NCBI GenBank assembly: GCA_046759165.1
Contig: JBHIBS010000005.1
Span: 1 to 54,885, forward strand
DNA: 54,885 nucleotides
Direction: 5' to 3'
Source: a bacterium
GTDB lineage: Bacteria; UBA6262; WVXT01
In this document: piece by piece, positions 18,163 to 28,360 of the stretch
How positions within the stretch are numbered: position 1 is the stretch's first letter
How the letters are laid out: each line of letters begins with the position of its first letter
Made by a program: the position numbers and the translations under genes
The notes under the pieces: model-generated
Databases searched by the model: none
The model's input: only the letters and a program-made list of their open reading frames with translations
What the model was told of the DNA's origin: nothing

Positions 18163-20209
18163 CCTTCTCTATCCTCTGCCAGAACTCTTCAATTTTATCT
18201 AAAAATATCTGACGAGGCTTAGACCCCTGCTGGGGACCAATGAGACCCTTGGTCTCCATTAAGCTTATAAGATTTGTTGCTTTTCCGTCACTGATATGTA
18301 ATGCTCCCTTGAACAGCGAACTGGATGCCTGTCTCCTTTCAAGAATTAATTTCAGAGCTTGCTTGAATAATTTCTTGATCTCCTGATCCTCTTCTTCTTT
18401 TTCTTCTGAGATCTTTGCCAAATAGGGCAGGTCTTGAGAATAGGTCGTCCCTCCCTGTCTACTAATAAAGTCTACAACCCTCTTTATCTCCTCTTGACTT
18501 ACGAATGCTCCTTGCAGGCGTGTGGGTTTTGCCTCTCCTGGAGGGAGATAGAGCATATCCCCGCGTCCCAAAAGGTTTTCCGCTCCGTTCATATCCAAAA
18601 TTGTCCGGGAATCTACTTTAGAAATCACCTCAAAGGCGAGACGAGCTGGGAGATTTGCCTTAATAATGCCAGTGATTACATTTACAGAAGGCCGTTGTGT
18701 GGCCAGCACAAGATGGATTCCTACTGCTCTGGACATTTGGGCTAAGCGGATTATCACCTGCTCAACCTGAGCGGAAGCTGTAGCCATCAGATCAGCAAGT
18801 TCATCAATAATAATAATTATAAAAGGAATTTTCTCTCCTTCTTCCTTGAGCTTTTGATTGTACTCGAATATATCACGGGTCCCGGTGGCAGCGAACCTTC
18901 GATAGCGATTTTCCATTTCGCCAACAATCCATTTTAATGCTGCCACAGCGTGTTTTACGTCTGTAACTACAGGACCTTTCAAATACGGAATGCCATTATA
19001 GATGGGCAATTCCACCATTTTGGGGTCAATTAAGAGAAAATTGACCTCCTCAGGCCTGGCTTTGTATAGAATGCTCAGGATCATTGTGTTGATCGATACG
19101 GTCTTACCTGAGCCCGTAGCCCCTGCAATCAGGAGGTGGGGCATCTGGTTCAAATCAGCAATGTATATCTTTCCAGCTACCGTCTTACCTAAAGCAAAGG
19201 AAAGAAGAGAGGGATCTTTCTTAAACTCAGGAAATTGAAAGAGTTCTTTTAGATATACCATTGCCATACTCTGATTTGGGATTTCTATGCCGATAGCAGC
19301 CTTCCCCGGAACGGGAGCAAATATTCTTATGCTTTGTGCCCGTAATGTCAAAGCGAGATCGTTAGATAAATTCGTCACACTACTCACTTTTATTCCTGGA
19401 GCCAGTTCCAGTTCATAACGGGTAATTGAAGGTCCTGGATGAATTTGGGAGACCTTTGCCGAGATGCCAAAATTCTTGAGGGTCTTTTCCAACACCTCGG
19501 CGTTATTTTTCAATTCTTCCTCCCTCTGGCTGAGATCTGCCCGGGGTGGGTCGTTAAGGAGTTCTATAGGAGGAAGTTCGTAAGTGGGCGCGCCTGGAGG
19601 GGAAACTGGGGAAACAGACTCGACTTTCACCTCAGGAGAGACTTTCCTATAATAATTAGGTTTTGCCTCTTCGCTCGAGGTCAGGCGTTTTCTTCCCAGA
19701 TGCCTAACTCGAACCGTCCGAAGTGCACTTCTTAGGGTTTGGAGGAATTGAATAATAGATATTTCGGTCACTAATTGTATAGACACGATGAATACGGTTG
19801 ATATAATAAGATAAGCGCCAATATCTCCAAAAGCAGGAGCCAGGAGAGAGTCGGAAACGAAGTCACCAACTGTTCCGCCCAATCTCGTCTCCCTACCAAG
19901 GAGGTTCAAAAAACTGCAAAAAGCCAATAGCAAAAAACCAAGGCCAGAAACTTTAACCCAGATACCTTTTATTCTCTTCCCTTTCCGAAAGGTTTTCCAT
20001 CCCCAATATCCAATAGAGAAGGGCAGGAAGTAGGCTCCCCATCCGAAGGCGGTCATCAGGGAAACAGCCAAATATCTTCCGAAAGCGCCCACCATACTAC
20101 GCCCCATCTGATAGGAAAGCAGACTCAACAATATGAGAAGGGAAACTGCAAGGAGCGTAATACCAGCGATTTCGTTCCTTTCCTCTTTTGTCTTGCTCGT
20201 TATCTTCAC
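18149..20209 (-). CDS. ftsK: DNA translocase FtsK
   Basis: N-terminal TMs, PHLLIAGATGSGKT, IDPKMVEL, IIDELADLM, ATQRPS, LLGRGDML, gamma domain. Confidence 0.96.
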   Translation of the reverse strand: MKITSKTKEERNEIAGITLLAVSLLILLSLLSYQMGRSMVGAFGRYLAVSLMTAFGWGAYFLPFSIGYWGWKTFRKGKRIKGIWVKVSGLGFLLLAFCSFLNLLGRETRLGGTVGDFVSDSLLAPAFGDIGAYLIISTVFIVSIQLVTEISIIQFLQTLRSALRTVRVRHLGRKRLTSSEEAKPNYYRKVSPEVKVESVSPVSPPGAPTYELPPIELLNDPPRADLSQREEELKNNAEVLEKTLKNFGISAKVSQIHPGPSITRYELELAPGIKVSSVTNLSNDLALTLRAQSIRIFAPVPGKAAIGIEIPNQSMAMVYLKELFQFPEFKKDPSLLSFALGKTVAGKIYIADLNQMPHLLIAGATGSGKTVSINTMILSILYKARPEEVNFLLIDPKMVELPIYNGIPYLKGPVVTDVKHAVAALKWIVGEMENRYRRFAATGTRDIFEYNQKLKEEGEKIPFIIIIIDELADLMATASAQVEQVIIRLAQMSRAVGIHLVLATQRPSVNVITGIIKANLPARLAFEVISKVDSRTILDMNGAENLLGRGDMLYLPPGEAKPTRLQGAFVSQEEIKRVVDFISRQGGTTYSQDLPYLAKISEEKEEEDQEIKKLFKQALKLILERRQASSSLFKGALHISDGKATNLISLMETKGLIGPQQGSKPRQIFLDKIEEFWQRIEKDERN

Positions 20210-20244
20210 TTTATAACCTCTTTCTTCGAAAAAAGTCTACTTCA

Positions 20245-20273
20245 TTCCAGAACTAAAGTCAAGGGCTTTCTAA
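20245..20273 (-). promoter_or_regulatory. Putative sigma70 promoter upstream of ftsK
   Basis: Minus strand reads TTGACT-N17-TAGACT; coordinates approximate. Confidence 0.4.
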
Positions 20274-20292
20274 AGTATAGATTCCACCTCTC

Positions 20293-21108
20293 TTAAATCT
20301 GAAATAAGAAAACAATGAGTCCTAACATTACGCAATAGTAAGCAAAATAGTGAAGTCTGCTTTTTTGTACAAACCGCAACACTACTCTGAGTGACCAATA
20401 TCCAGAAAAAAGAGCTGCAAGTGCTCCAGCTATATAGAAGCTTAGTGTGGAGAGCTTAAGCATGGATAAGGTGCTCGGGAGTTTCAGGAGAGTAGCTCCC
20501 AAAATTGCTGGCATAGCAAGGAAGAAGGAGTACTTTACTGCCCATTCTCGCTGGAGACCACAAAATAGCCCAAAAACGATAGTGACACCTGAGCGGGAGA
20601 TACCTGGCAGAGTTGCAGAAGCCTGGGCTATGCCAATTATCAATCCATCGACTATTCCTGTCTCCAGGATACCCTTGTGAGCGTTTCTTATCCGGTCACC
20701 AAAGGAGAGAACTATTCCAGTTATGATAAGAAAGAAGCTAATCAATCCAATATTGGAAAAAAGAAGTTCTATTTTATCTTTGAGAAGGACTCCCAAAATA
20801 GCTATAGGCAAGGAGCCAATAACCAGAAGAAGAAGAATTCGTGTGGAAGGATTGGTTTTTGGTCTGTTTATGTTTCGGAGACCTTTTAATATCTTCGATA
20901 AATCTTTTCTGAAGAAGAGAAGGATTGCTAAGAGCGTCGCGAAGTGTAAGAATACAGTGAGAGAAAGTTGGGGTTTCTCTATACCTAAATACTTCTGGAA
21001 GTATATTAGATGAGCACTACTGGAGATGGGCAAAAATTCCGTTAGACCCTGCACTAACCCGAGGATAACAGCCCTCGCCAGACTCATTTTCATCCTTCCA
21101 GGTGACAA
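20293..21108 (-). CDS. uppP: Undecaprenyl-diphosphate phosphatase
   Basis: QGLTEFLPISSSAH and PGISRSG motifs; the true start is probably a few codons downstream. Confidence 0.95.
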   Translation of the reverse strand: MSPGRMKMSLARAVILGLVQGLTEFLPISSSAHLIYFQKYLGIEKPQLSLTVFLHFATLLAILLFFRKDLSKILKGLRNINRPKTNPSTRILLLLVIGSLPIAILGVLLKDKIELLFSNIGLISFFLIITGIVLSFGDRIRNAHKGILETGIVDGLIIGIAQASATLPGISRSGVTIVFGLFCGLQREWAVKYSFFLAMPAILGATLLKLPSTLSMLKLSTLSFYIAGALAALFSGYWSLRVVLRFVQKSRLHYFAYYCVMLGLIVFLFQI

Positions 21109-21175
21109 TAGATATTATCTGCTATAGAAAAAGACGAGGCCATTGAAGGCAAGCATAAAGAGGAGAATAGTGAGA

Positions 21176-21373
21176 TCAGTGCAACCCTACTCGGTAATTC
21201 TTCATTTCCTTTTTGATATATATCTTCTCCTCTCGCATTAACCATCCCAAAGCTAAGTAGAGTAAGGTGTTAGGTACTCCCAGTTTGGTCTTCAACACCA
21301 GAACCGGTACCTCCCCTTTAGCATTCAAAAAATTCCAGATTTTTCCAGCAAGGAGCCCAATTTCTTCACTCAT
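21176..21373 (-). CDS. Small winged-helix protein (DUF2582-like)
   Basis: IGLLAGKIWNFL...LALGWLMREEKI family pattern. Confidence 0.8.
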   Translation of the reverse strand: MSEEIGLLAGKIWNFLNAKGEVPVLVLKTKLGVPNTLLYLALGWLMREEKIYIKKEMKNYRVGLH

Positions 21374-21471
21374 CTGAACTTACCTTTACCCCGTTAGAAA
21401 TTCCATTTCGAACGGACCCTACCCGAAGGGTTGTAGCAAAATCTCCAACCGGTTACACACAGAAGGTTTAA

Positions 21472-21960
21472 CTAATGCGCTATAGGCAATACTAGAAACA
21501 ATGGTTCGTTCACTTGAACGCTCTGCTTATTTGAAACCAATACTTTAAATATTTTGCATCTTGTCTCTGCCCGAATTTCATTCATCAACTTCATTGCCTC
21601 AATGATGCAGATTGTCTGACCTGCCGAAACCGTATCACCTTCTTCGACAAAAGGCGGGGTTCCAGGGGACGGGGAGGAATAAAAGACACCGACAATTGGC
21701 GATTTTATGGTAATTGTATTCTGTTCAATTTGCTCGGCAGGCACCGAAGTTTCTTTTTCCAATACCCTACCGCTCGACTCCTTTCCGTAGCGCCTAAAGG
21801 AAACACCAGAGCCAAATTTACGTCTTATTATAATTTTAAATTCTTTCTCTTCCCAATTCAGTTCCCTGAGATCCTGGTGAACCATAAAATCATAAATCTG
21901 GAAAAGCCGAGAAAAATCCCCGGAGGCGCCATCATTTTTCTTCAGTTTGATTTTACTCAT
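21472..21960 (-). CDS. accB: Biotin carboxyl carrier protein
   Basis: SPIVGVFYSSPSP and the EAMKLMNEI biotinylation motif. Confidence 0.9.
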   Translation of the reverse strand: MSKIKLKKNDGASGDFSRLFQIYDFMVHQDLRELNWEEKEFKIIIRRKFGSGVSFRRYGKESSGRVLEKETSVPAEQIEQNTITIKSPIVGVFYSSPSPGTPPFVEEGDTVSAGQTICIIEAMKLMNEIRAETRCKIFKVLVSNKQSVQVNEPLFLVLPIAH

Positions 21961-24149
21961 TTAATACTTCTCTTCCCTTTCCCTCCGGGAAACTCCTTCT
22001 CTTTTAATACAACCTTATGACTGAGGTTGATCCTACCCTCATGGTCGATTTCCATACATTTTACTAAAATTTCTTGCCCTTCCTTTACAACATCACTTAC
22101 CTTGTTGATGCGCCTGTCAGCTAACTGAGAGATATGCACGAGTCCTTCTTTTCCCGGTAAAATTTCAACGAAGGCGCCGAAGTCTTTGATCCGCGTTACT
22201 TTACCTTTGTATATTTTTCCAACCTCAACGTCAGCAGTAAGGTATTCTACCATTTCCTTGGCTGCATTCGCGTCTTCTTGAGTATCTGCGGTAATAGTGA
22301 TCACGCCGTCATTTCCTATATTCAATCTGGCTCCTGTCTCATCTTGAATTTTGTTAACGGTTTTACCTCCAGGGCCGATTACTTCTCTGACTTTGTCGGA
22401 ATTGATTTCTACTATCAAAATCTTCGGTGCCAATGACGAGATCTCTTTACGAGGAGATTCTATTTCTTCCTGCATCTTCTCCAGAATAAACAAACGAGCT
22501 TTCCTCGATTGTTCCAAAGCTCTAGCCATAATCTCTGGTGTAATCTCGTCAGTCTTAACATCTAACTGGACTGCCGTGACCCCTTTTCTGGAACCTGCCA
22601 CTTTGAAATCCATATCGCCAAAATAATCTTCCATACCAATTATATCAGTCAAAAGGATAGCTCGCTCCCCTTCTCTAACCAGACCCATAGCCACTCCAGC
22701 TACAGGCGTAGTAATGGGTACCCCAGCATCCATTAGAGAGAGTGTTCCACCGCAAACAGAAGCCATGGAAGAAGAACCGTTAGATTCTAAAATATCGGAG
22801 ACGACTCTTATAGTGTAAGGGAACTCCTCGTCGGAAGGTAAGACCGAAGATAATGCCCGCTCAGCCAACACCCCGTGTCCAATTTCGCGCCGTCCGGGAC
22901 CGCGGTCGGGCCTCACCTCTCCTGTACTGAAAGGGGGGAAATTGTAATGGAGCATAAATCTCTTCTTATATTCTCTTTCCAATTCGTCCATAACTTGCAT
23001 ATCTTGGGATGTGCCAAGTGTAGTGGTTACCAAAGCTTGTGTTTGTCCACGTGTGAATAAGCCAGAGCCATGGGTTCGTGGCAGGACGCCTACGGCGCAG
23101 GTGATTGGACGAATTTCGTCTATTTTCCGGCCATCTACTCGTGTATTTTCCTCCAGGATTATTCGTCGCAAATAATTACGCTGAACCTGGTCAATGGTAT
23201 CTTTCATAGTTTTCTCCTCTTCGGGATAATCTTTCGAAAAATTATCAATAGTCTCAGAGACTACTTCATCGATTCTCCTTTCTCTTGCGAGTTTGTCGCT
23301 AATTCTCAGTGCTTCTTCTACTTTTCCCCGGCAGAACTCAGTAACCCGAATTGCCAGTTCTAAATTTGAAATAATTCTCTTCCTCTTTGCATACGGGAGA
23401 AGGCGATAGAACTCCTTCTCCAGTTCCTGGTTTATGGAGGATTCTCCTCTTCCAGGAAGTTCAATTTTGGGCTTCCCAAATTGCTTTATTAACTTTTCCT
23501 CTACTTGAATTACTTCTACTATAACTTCATGAGCCAGCTTGATTGCTTCCAGCAAAATTTCTTCTGGTACTTCCTTTCCTCCTCCTTCCACCATAGTTAC
23601 CATGTTCCTAGTACCCGCAACAACCAGGTCGACGCTACTCTCCTCCAGTTGAGCGAGGGTGGGATTGATGATGAATCTTTCCCCAACTCTTCCCACCCTT
23701 ACTGCACCAATAGGACCAGCAAACGGTACAGCCGAAAGACCTACTGCGCAACTAGCACCAATGATTGAGGGAACATCCGCATCGTTCTCCTGGTCAGAAG
23801 ACAAGACTGTAATCATTACTTGAACTTCGTTCAGGAAATTTTTGTCAAAAAAAGGTCTTAAGGGCCTGTCGACTAGTCTGGAAGTCAGCACCTCCTTCTC
23901 GCGTGGCCTTCCTTCTCTCTTGAAGAATCCCCCTGGTATCTTACCTGCAGCATAAGTTCTTTCCCTGTAATCCACCGTAAGCGGAAAGAAGTTTTCTCCT
24001 TCTTTTGGCTCAGGCGCTACTGTGGCAGTGGCTAAAATAACAGTTTCTCCATATTTGACCAGTGCCGAACCAGCAGCCTGCTTTGCCAGGCTTCCTGTCT
24101 CAATAGTTAATAATCGATCTGCAATTTCCGTCTCCACTTTTCCGGCCAT
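21957..24149 (-). CDS. pnp: Polyribonucleotide nucleotidyltransferase
   Basis: FFPLTVDY, GKIPGGFFKREG, RREIGHG, ESNGSSSMAS, GDMDFKVAG; KH and S1 domains. Confidence 0.98.
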   Translation of the reverse strand: MAGKVETEIADRLLTIETGSLAKQAAGSALVKYGETVILATATVAPEPKEGENFFPLTVDYRERTYAAGKIPGGFFKREGRPREKEVLTSRLVDRPLRPFFDKNFLNEVQVMITVLSSDQENDADVPSIIGASCAVGLSAVPFAGPIGAVRVGRVGERFIINPTLAQLEESSVDLVVAGTRNMVTMVEGGGKEVPEEILLEAIKLAHEVIVEVIQVEEKLIKQFGKPKIELPGRGESSINQELEKEFYRLLPYAKRKRIISNLELAIRVTEFCRGKVEEALRISDKLARERRIDEVVSETIDNFSKDYPEEEKTMKDTIDQVQRNYLRRIILEENTRVDGRKIDEIRPITCAVGVLPRTHGSGLFTRGQTQALVTTTLGTSQDMQVMDELEREYKKRFMLHYNFPPFSTGEVRPDRGPGRREIGHGVLAERALSSVLPSDEEFPYTIRVVSDILESNGSSSMASVCGGTLSLMDAGVPITTPVAGVAMGLVREGERAILLTDIIGMEDYFGDMDFKVAGSRKGVTAVQLDVKTDEITPEIMARALEQSRKARLFILEKMQEEIESPRKEISSLAPKILIVEINSDKVREVIGPGGKTVNKIQDETGARLNIGNDGVITITADTQEDANAAKEMVEYLTADVEVGKIYKGKVTRIKDFGAFVEILPGKEGLVHISQLADRRINKVSDVVKEGQEILVKCMEIDHEGRINLSHKVVLKEKEFPGGKGKRSIK

Positions 24150-24172
24150 AATCAGTCCTTTCTTGAGGAAAC

Positions 24173-24442
24173 TTATTTCCTCAACTTCAATTTAATGATA
24201 ATTTCCCGATATTTCTTCAAATCATGAACCTTTAAGTAGTTTAATAGTTTCCTTCTTCTTCCTACAAGTTTTAAAAGGCCCTGCCGAGAATGGTGGTCTT
24301 TCTTGTGAGTTTTGAAGTGGTCTGTCAGGGCATTAATTCTCTCTGTCATTAAGGCAATTTGAACTACTGCAGAACCTGTGTCTCTTTCGTGGACCCGAAA
24401 TTTTTCTACGATGTCTTTCTTCTTATCATTTGCTAACGGCAC
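24173..24442 (-). CDS. rpsO: 30S ribosomal protein S15
   Basis: [33 protein letters not shown]. Confidence 0.98.
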   Translation of the reverse strand: MPLANDKKKDIVEKFRVHERDTGSAVVQIALMTERINALTDHFKTHKKDHHSRQGLLKLVGRRRKLLNYLKVHDLKKYREIIIKLKLRK

Positions 24443-24611
24443 TTTTTACCTCCTCATGTGAATCAGCCCGTGCTCAATAGGGGACACCTCAGCCCGGGGC
24501 ACTCACCGACTCGCGCCTTTCCCTTACTTCGTTCGGTCGTCGCTCCTTATCCGTCGCGATCGGCGCCCCTTTCCACAAGTGTTATCCTAAACATTGATTA
24601 TCTTTTCAAAA

Positions 24612-25934
24612 TTAACCTAAACAGGTCCGGTTGCGACCTTCCCTTTTAGCTCGGTAAAGAGCCTCATCTGCCTTCTTGATTAGAGCGGCCCTCAGACAGG
24701 CATCGTCAGGATAAGATGCCACTCCGAGACTTATAGTCATTATCGCCCCAACTTCTCCAAAAGTCTGCTTGCTTATTGTTCTTCTTACCCTTTCTGCAGC
24801 AACGGAGGCCCCCTCTTTGTCAGTTTCCGGAAGAATCACTGCAAATTCTTCACCACCGTACCTAGCCACGAAGTCTGTTTCTCTTAGAGAACTCTTCAGA
24901 ATTTGTGCTATTTTTCTCAGCAAGGTATCTCCCTCTAAGTGTCCATAACTATCGTTGAATTCCTTAAAATGGTCAAGATCAATCATAATTAATGAGAGGT
25001 TCAGGTCGTATCTCTGGGCGCGTTTTACCTCCACTTCCAGCTGCTCTTGGAAGTGTCTATGGTTATATAAGCCTGTTAAACCATCCGTTATAGAGAGATG
25101 CTCTGTAGACTTATAAAGCATAGTATTTTCAATAGCTTGAGCTGAGTAGTTGGCAAAGGTAGAAAACAGCCTCTTCTCCTGATCTAAGAAATGGCGACTC
25201 TTTCTCTCATTATGTAGGGTTATAAGCCCAATTAACTTCTCTCCTCTTCCAATCAATGGCATACACATTCCCGTTTCTATCTCAGGGACCCCCTCAAAAT
25301 TTCCCGAGAGGGACTCGCTTTCTTTCCTGTTGACTATGGGCTGAGGCAATTTCTGCTCCCTCCATAACTGGAGTTTCTCAGTTGTCTTTCTTTTAATTAA
25401 CCCAATTATCTGTTGATCCAAGCCCCAGGCTGTCTTTAAGGACAATTCTTTGCGCTTCTCATCAAAAATGAAAAGGGAGCCTGCATCCGCCTTAGTCCCT
25501 TTAATACAGGAGTTCATAATTAGAATGTATAACTCTTCCAATCCTATAGAAAGATCTGTTCTTTGACTGAGGCGTTCAAACTCAGCTAAGACCTTCTTTT
25601 CTCTAAGGCGATCCCACAAGAGGCTTGTTACGGGGCCTTTCATAACTTCGATATTTGAAGATTGCCCTATCCTCTGCAGTTCTTCATCTACTTCTGGATC
25701 GTCACTTAGGTTTAGGATGGCATCTACTTTCTTCTCTTTATCTTTAACCAAATCGTGAAAATCTCTTGCCGTAGGAATTCCTAACTTCCTGGCCAATTCC
25801 ATTCCACTAGAGTTTTTAATCCGATCCGCAATACCCACAATTCGCAATTCCTCATCTTCGTGTAACGTTTCGATAATCGCTGTTCCTCTTCTCCCTCCGC
25901 CAATGATTATGATGTTTTTCTTCTGTTTAATCAC
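24612..25934 (-). CDS. Diguanylate cyclase (Rossmann-like, GAF, GGDEF)
   Basis: N-terminal IIGGGRRG Rossmann-like start, GAF-like middle, DGLTGLYN, DLDHFK, RETD I-site, RYGGEEF. Confidence 0.92.
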   Translation of the reverse strand: MIKQKKNIIIIGGGRRGTAIIETLHEDEELRIVGIADRIKNSSGMELARKLGIPTARDFHDLVKDKEKKVDAILNLSDDPEVDEELQRIGQSSNIEVMKGPVTSLLWDRLREKKVLAEFERLSQRTDLSIGLEELYILIMNSCIKGTKADAGSLFIFDEKRKELSLKTAWGLDQQIIGLIKRKTTEKLQLWREQKLPQPIVNRKESESLSGNFEGVPEIETGMCMPLIGRGEKLIGLITLHNERKSRHFLDQEKRLFSTFANYSAQAIENTMLYKSTEHLSITDGLTGLYNHRHFQEQLEVEVKRAQRYDLNLSLIMIDLDHFKEFNDSYGHLEGDTLLRKIAQILKSSLRETDFVARYGGEEFAVILPETDKEGASVAAERVRRTISKQTFGEVGAIMTISLGVASYPDDACLRAALIKKADEALYRAKREGRNRTCLG

Positions 25935-25940
25935 AATTTA

Positions 25941-25969
25941 ATTATACCATTCTAATCCGGCTTTGTCAA
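25941..25969 (-). promoter_or_regulatory. Consensus sigma70 promoter of the diguanylate cyclase (probably leaderless)
   Basis: TTGACA-N17-TATAAT with TG extension, ending 6 nt before the GTG start. Confidence 0.8.
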
Positions 25970-26139
25970 ACACTCTGAAATTAGGGGTATTGTCGAGAAA
26001 CTGTTCGGGACTTCTGCTCCCGCTAAAGGGGAAGCTTATCCTATAATCTGATTCCTCTGTATGCTAAAGCACACAGCTTCCTAAGAAAGCTATGCCATTT
26101 ATGCCATAGTTGATTACATCTTAACCTAACTTCCTACTC

Positions 26140-26418
26140 TTAAGCAGGATTCTTTCCCTTATTATGAGTCCTCCTCCAGACTTCCTTACCACCCGAATCG
26201 CACTTCCTCACCCAGATGTTAGACTTTTCTACGGCAACCGACTCATAACCAACAACATACACATTACCCTTCCCATCGACTGCTATGTCATAACCACTAC
26301 TGTGACTATCGTCTATACCATCAGAAGTTCTCGTCCAGATTACATCTCCTTCTGCCCCCAAAATGGTTCCACAAAAAAGAGAAGATAGAATAACCGCCAA
26401 AACAGAAATTCTTCACAT
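26140..26418 (-). pseudogene. Truncated secreted beta-propeller (SBBP-like) protein
   Basis: ATG 26418 is followed by an in-frame TGA, then a signal peptide and about one repeat (GYDIAVDGKGNVYVVG...WVRK..S.G.EVW). Confidence 0.65.
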
Positions 26419-26456
26419 TTTCTGCTTTCAGGTCTCTTTCTTTTAAGTTTAAGGAT

Positions 26457-27422
26457 TTATATTGGCCGTAACTTTTTTGTAAATTGGATATCCTGCTCTA
26501 TCCGTTTCGTCAACTTTTCAGGAGTTGGGAATCTCATTTCTTTCCTTATTCTTTTTATAAGAAAGATTTCCAACTTCTGCCTATAGAGATTCCCCTTAAA
26601 ATTGAAAATATGGACTTCTACCGTCGGACGAGTATATCTTCTGGTTACTTTTCGAGGGTGAAATTGATGGCGATAAGAGAATGTGGGACGAGTGCCAATA
26701 TTGGCAACTCCCCAGTGCTTTTTTCCTCTAACAGTAACTAGAACAGCATAGACTCCTGGAGGTAAGATCACATCTCCAGAAATATCTAAATTTGCCGTGG
26801 GAAAAGATAGTTCTTTTCCCCTGCCGCTCCCCTTCTTCACTATCCCATCAATGCTATAATACCTTCCAAGCAGACGGTTTGCCCTCCCTATTTTGCCTTG
26901 CCAGAGCAATTGACGAATCTTACTGGAACTTACTTTAATATTACCTATTTTGACTTCACCAACAGTAGTCACCTCAAAGCCATACTTCCTTCCCAGTCGT
27001 TTGAGCAACACCACATTTCCCAAGCGGTTCTTTCCAAAACGGAAGCCAGGGCCTACCACCACTCTTCCAGCACCTATCCTCTTATAAATGACTCTCTTAA
27101 CAAATTCTTCTGGCTCTACTTGGGAAAGCTTGCGATTAAACTGGATGACGAGCATCACGCCCAGGCCCAGATTTCTGATTATCTTTCCCTTTTGTTTGAG
27201 AGTTGTGATCGATCCGATCCTCTCTGCTTCCTTTCCTATTACCGCCCGGGGGAGTGGTTCAAAGGTCACCACCACCGATGTTTTGCCATTCCTCCTCGCA
27301 ATATCCTTCGTAGTTCTAATAACTTCTTGATGGCCGTGATGGACTCCGTCAAATGTCCCCAGAGCGACCACACTATTTTCGAACTTCCTTCTTAACTTGG
27401 ATAGTCCCTCTATGACTTGCAT
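26457..27422 (-). CDS. ribF: Bifunctional riboflavin kinase/FAD synthetase
   Basis: GTFDGVHHGH, SSSKIR, FPTAN, NIGTRPTF, EVHI motifs. Confidence 0.96.
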   Translation of the reverse strand: MQVIEGLSKLRRKFENSVVALGTFDGVHHGHQEVIRTTKDIARRNGKTSVVVTFEPLPRAVIGKEAERIGSITTLKQKGKIIRNLGLGVMLVIQFNRKLSQVEPEEFVKRVIYKRIGAGRVVVGPGFRFGKNRLGNVVLLKRLGRKYGFEVTTVGEVKIGNIKVSSSKIRQLLWQGKIGRANRLLGRYYSIDGIVKKGSGRGKELSFPTANLDISGDVILPPGVYAVLVTVRGKKHWGVANIGTRPTFSYRHQFHPRKVTRRYTRPTVEVHIFNFKGNLYRQKLEIFLIKRIRKEMRFPTPEKLTKRIEQDIQFTKKLRPI

Positions 27423-28360
27423 TTCTTATATAAGTCTTCTTTCCCTATATCCCTGGAAAAAACTCTCAATAACTTAAACTCTCTCGCACCAGATGTAAGC
27501 TCTCCTTTAGCCAGAGCCATCAAATTTCCATCCTCATCTAACACTCTAAAGGTCCCTTCGGTATTGGCGATTTCTGAAGGAGATACAGAAATATTTATGA
27601 TTTCTGAACTCTTTATCTGTCTACCCATTCTAATTCCGCGACCCATCCAGCCGGTAACTACAACGGTGGGAAAGTCAGACAATGCCTCTGAAATAGGTTG
27701 AACTTTTTGGGGAAATAACTCTTTCCTATCCCAGGAAAGAGCATCACTCAATTTGAAGTTACCTATCCGCACCCGCGCCAGATGCGACATATAGGCTCCG
27801 CAACCCAAAGCCTCTCCTATGTCATGACAGAGAGTGCGCACGTAGGTACCAGAGGAGCAAATGGTGCGAAACTTAACTCTGGGCATATCATAAGATAAAA
27901 GATTCAATTCTTTAATCTCAATTTTCTGAGGAGTTCGTTCAATTACATTTCCCTTGCGGAAAAGCTGGTATAACCTTCTGCCACGGTATCTCTTAGCTGA
28001 GACCATGGGAGGAATCTGTTCCTGTATTCCCCGGAATTTATCGAAAATCTCGCTTAACTCTCTTAATTCCACTCTTGGTTCAGCCCTCCTCAGAATTTCG
28101 CCCTCTCCATCCTGTGTGGATGTACTCGCTCCCAAAACCATCGTCGCTTCATACTCCTTCTCCAGCTTCATTAAGTATGCGGAAATTTTGGTTGCCTCAC
28201 CTAAAAGAATAAGAAGAACCCCTTCTGCCTGAGGATCCAGGGTTCCGGCGTGGCCTGCCTTGCTCGCTGAAAGTAGGCCCTTCACTTCCTGAACTACAGC
28301 AAAAGAAGTCATAGCCTTTGGCTTATTAATGATGAGAATGCCGTCCTTCAGCGATTCCAG
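27410..28360 (-). CDS. truB: tRNA pseudouridine(55) synthase, extended to a probable CUG start
   Basis: GHAGTLDP, PPMVSA, SSGTYVRTL. The in-frame extension upstream of ATG 28312 encodes the conserved GILIINKP motif. Confidence 0.92.
   Translation of the reverse strand: MESLKDGILIINKPKAMTSFAVVQEVKGLLSASKAGHAGTLDPQAEGVLLILLGEATKISAYLMKLEKEYEATMVLGASTSTQDGEGEILRRAEPRVELRELSEIFDKFRGIQEQIPPMVSAKRYRGRRLYQLFRKGNVIERTPQKIEIKELNLLSYDMPRVKFRTICSSGTYVRTLCHDIGEALGCGAYMSHLARVRIGNFKLSDALSWDRKELFPQKVQPISEALSDFPTVVVTGWMGRGIRMGRQIKSSEIINISVSPSEIANTEGTFRVLDEDGNLMALAKGELTSGAREFKLLRVFSRDIGKEDLYKKCKS

Noticed and set aside
24443-24495. Possible S15 autoregulatory leader
   Set aside because: The position is plausible, but no recognisable consensus was found and the region is confounded by the adjacent repeat.
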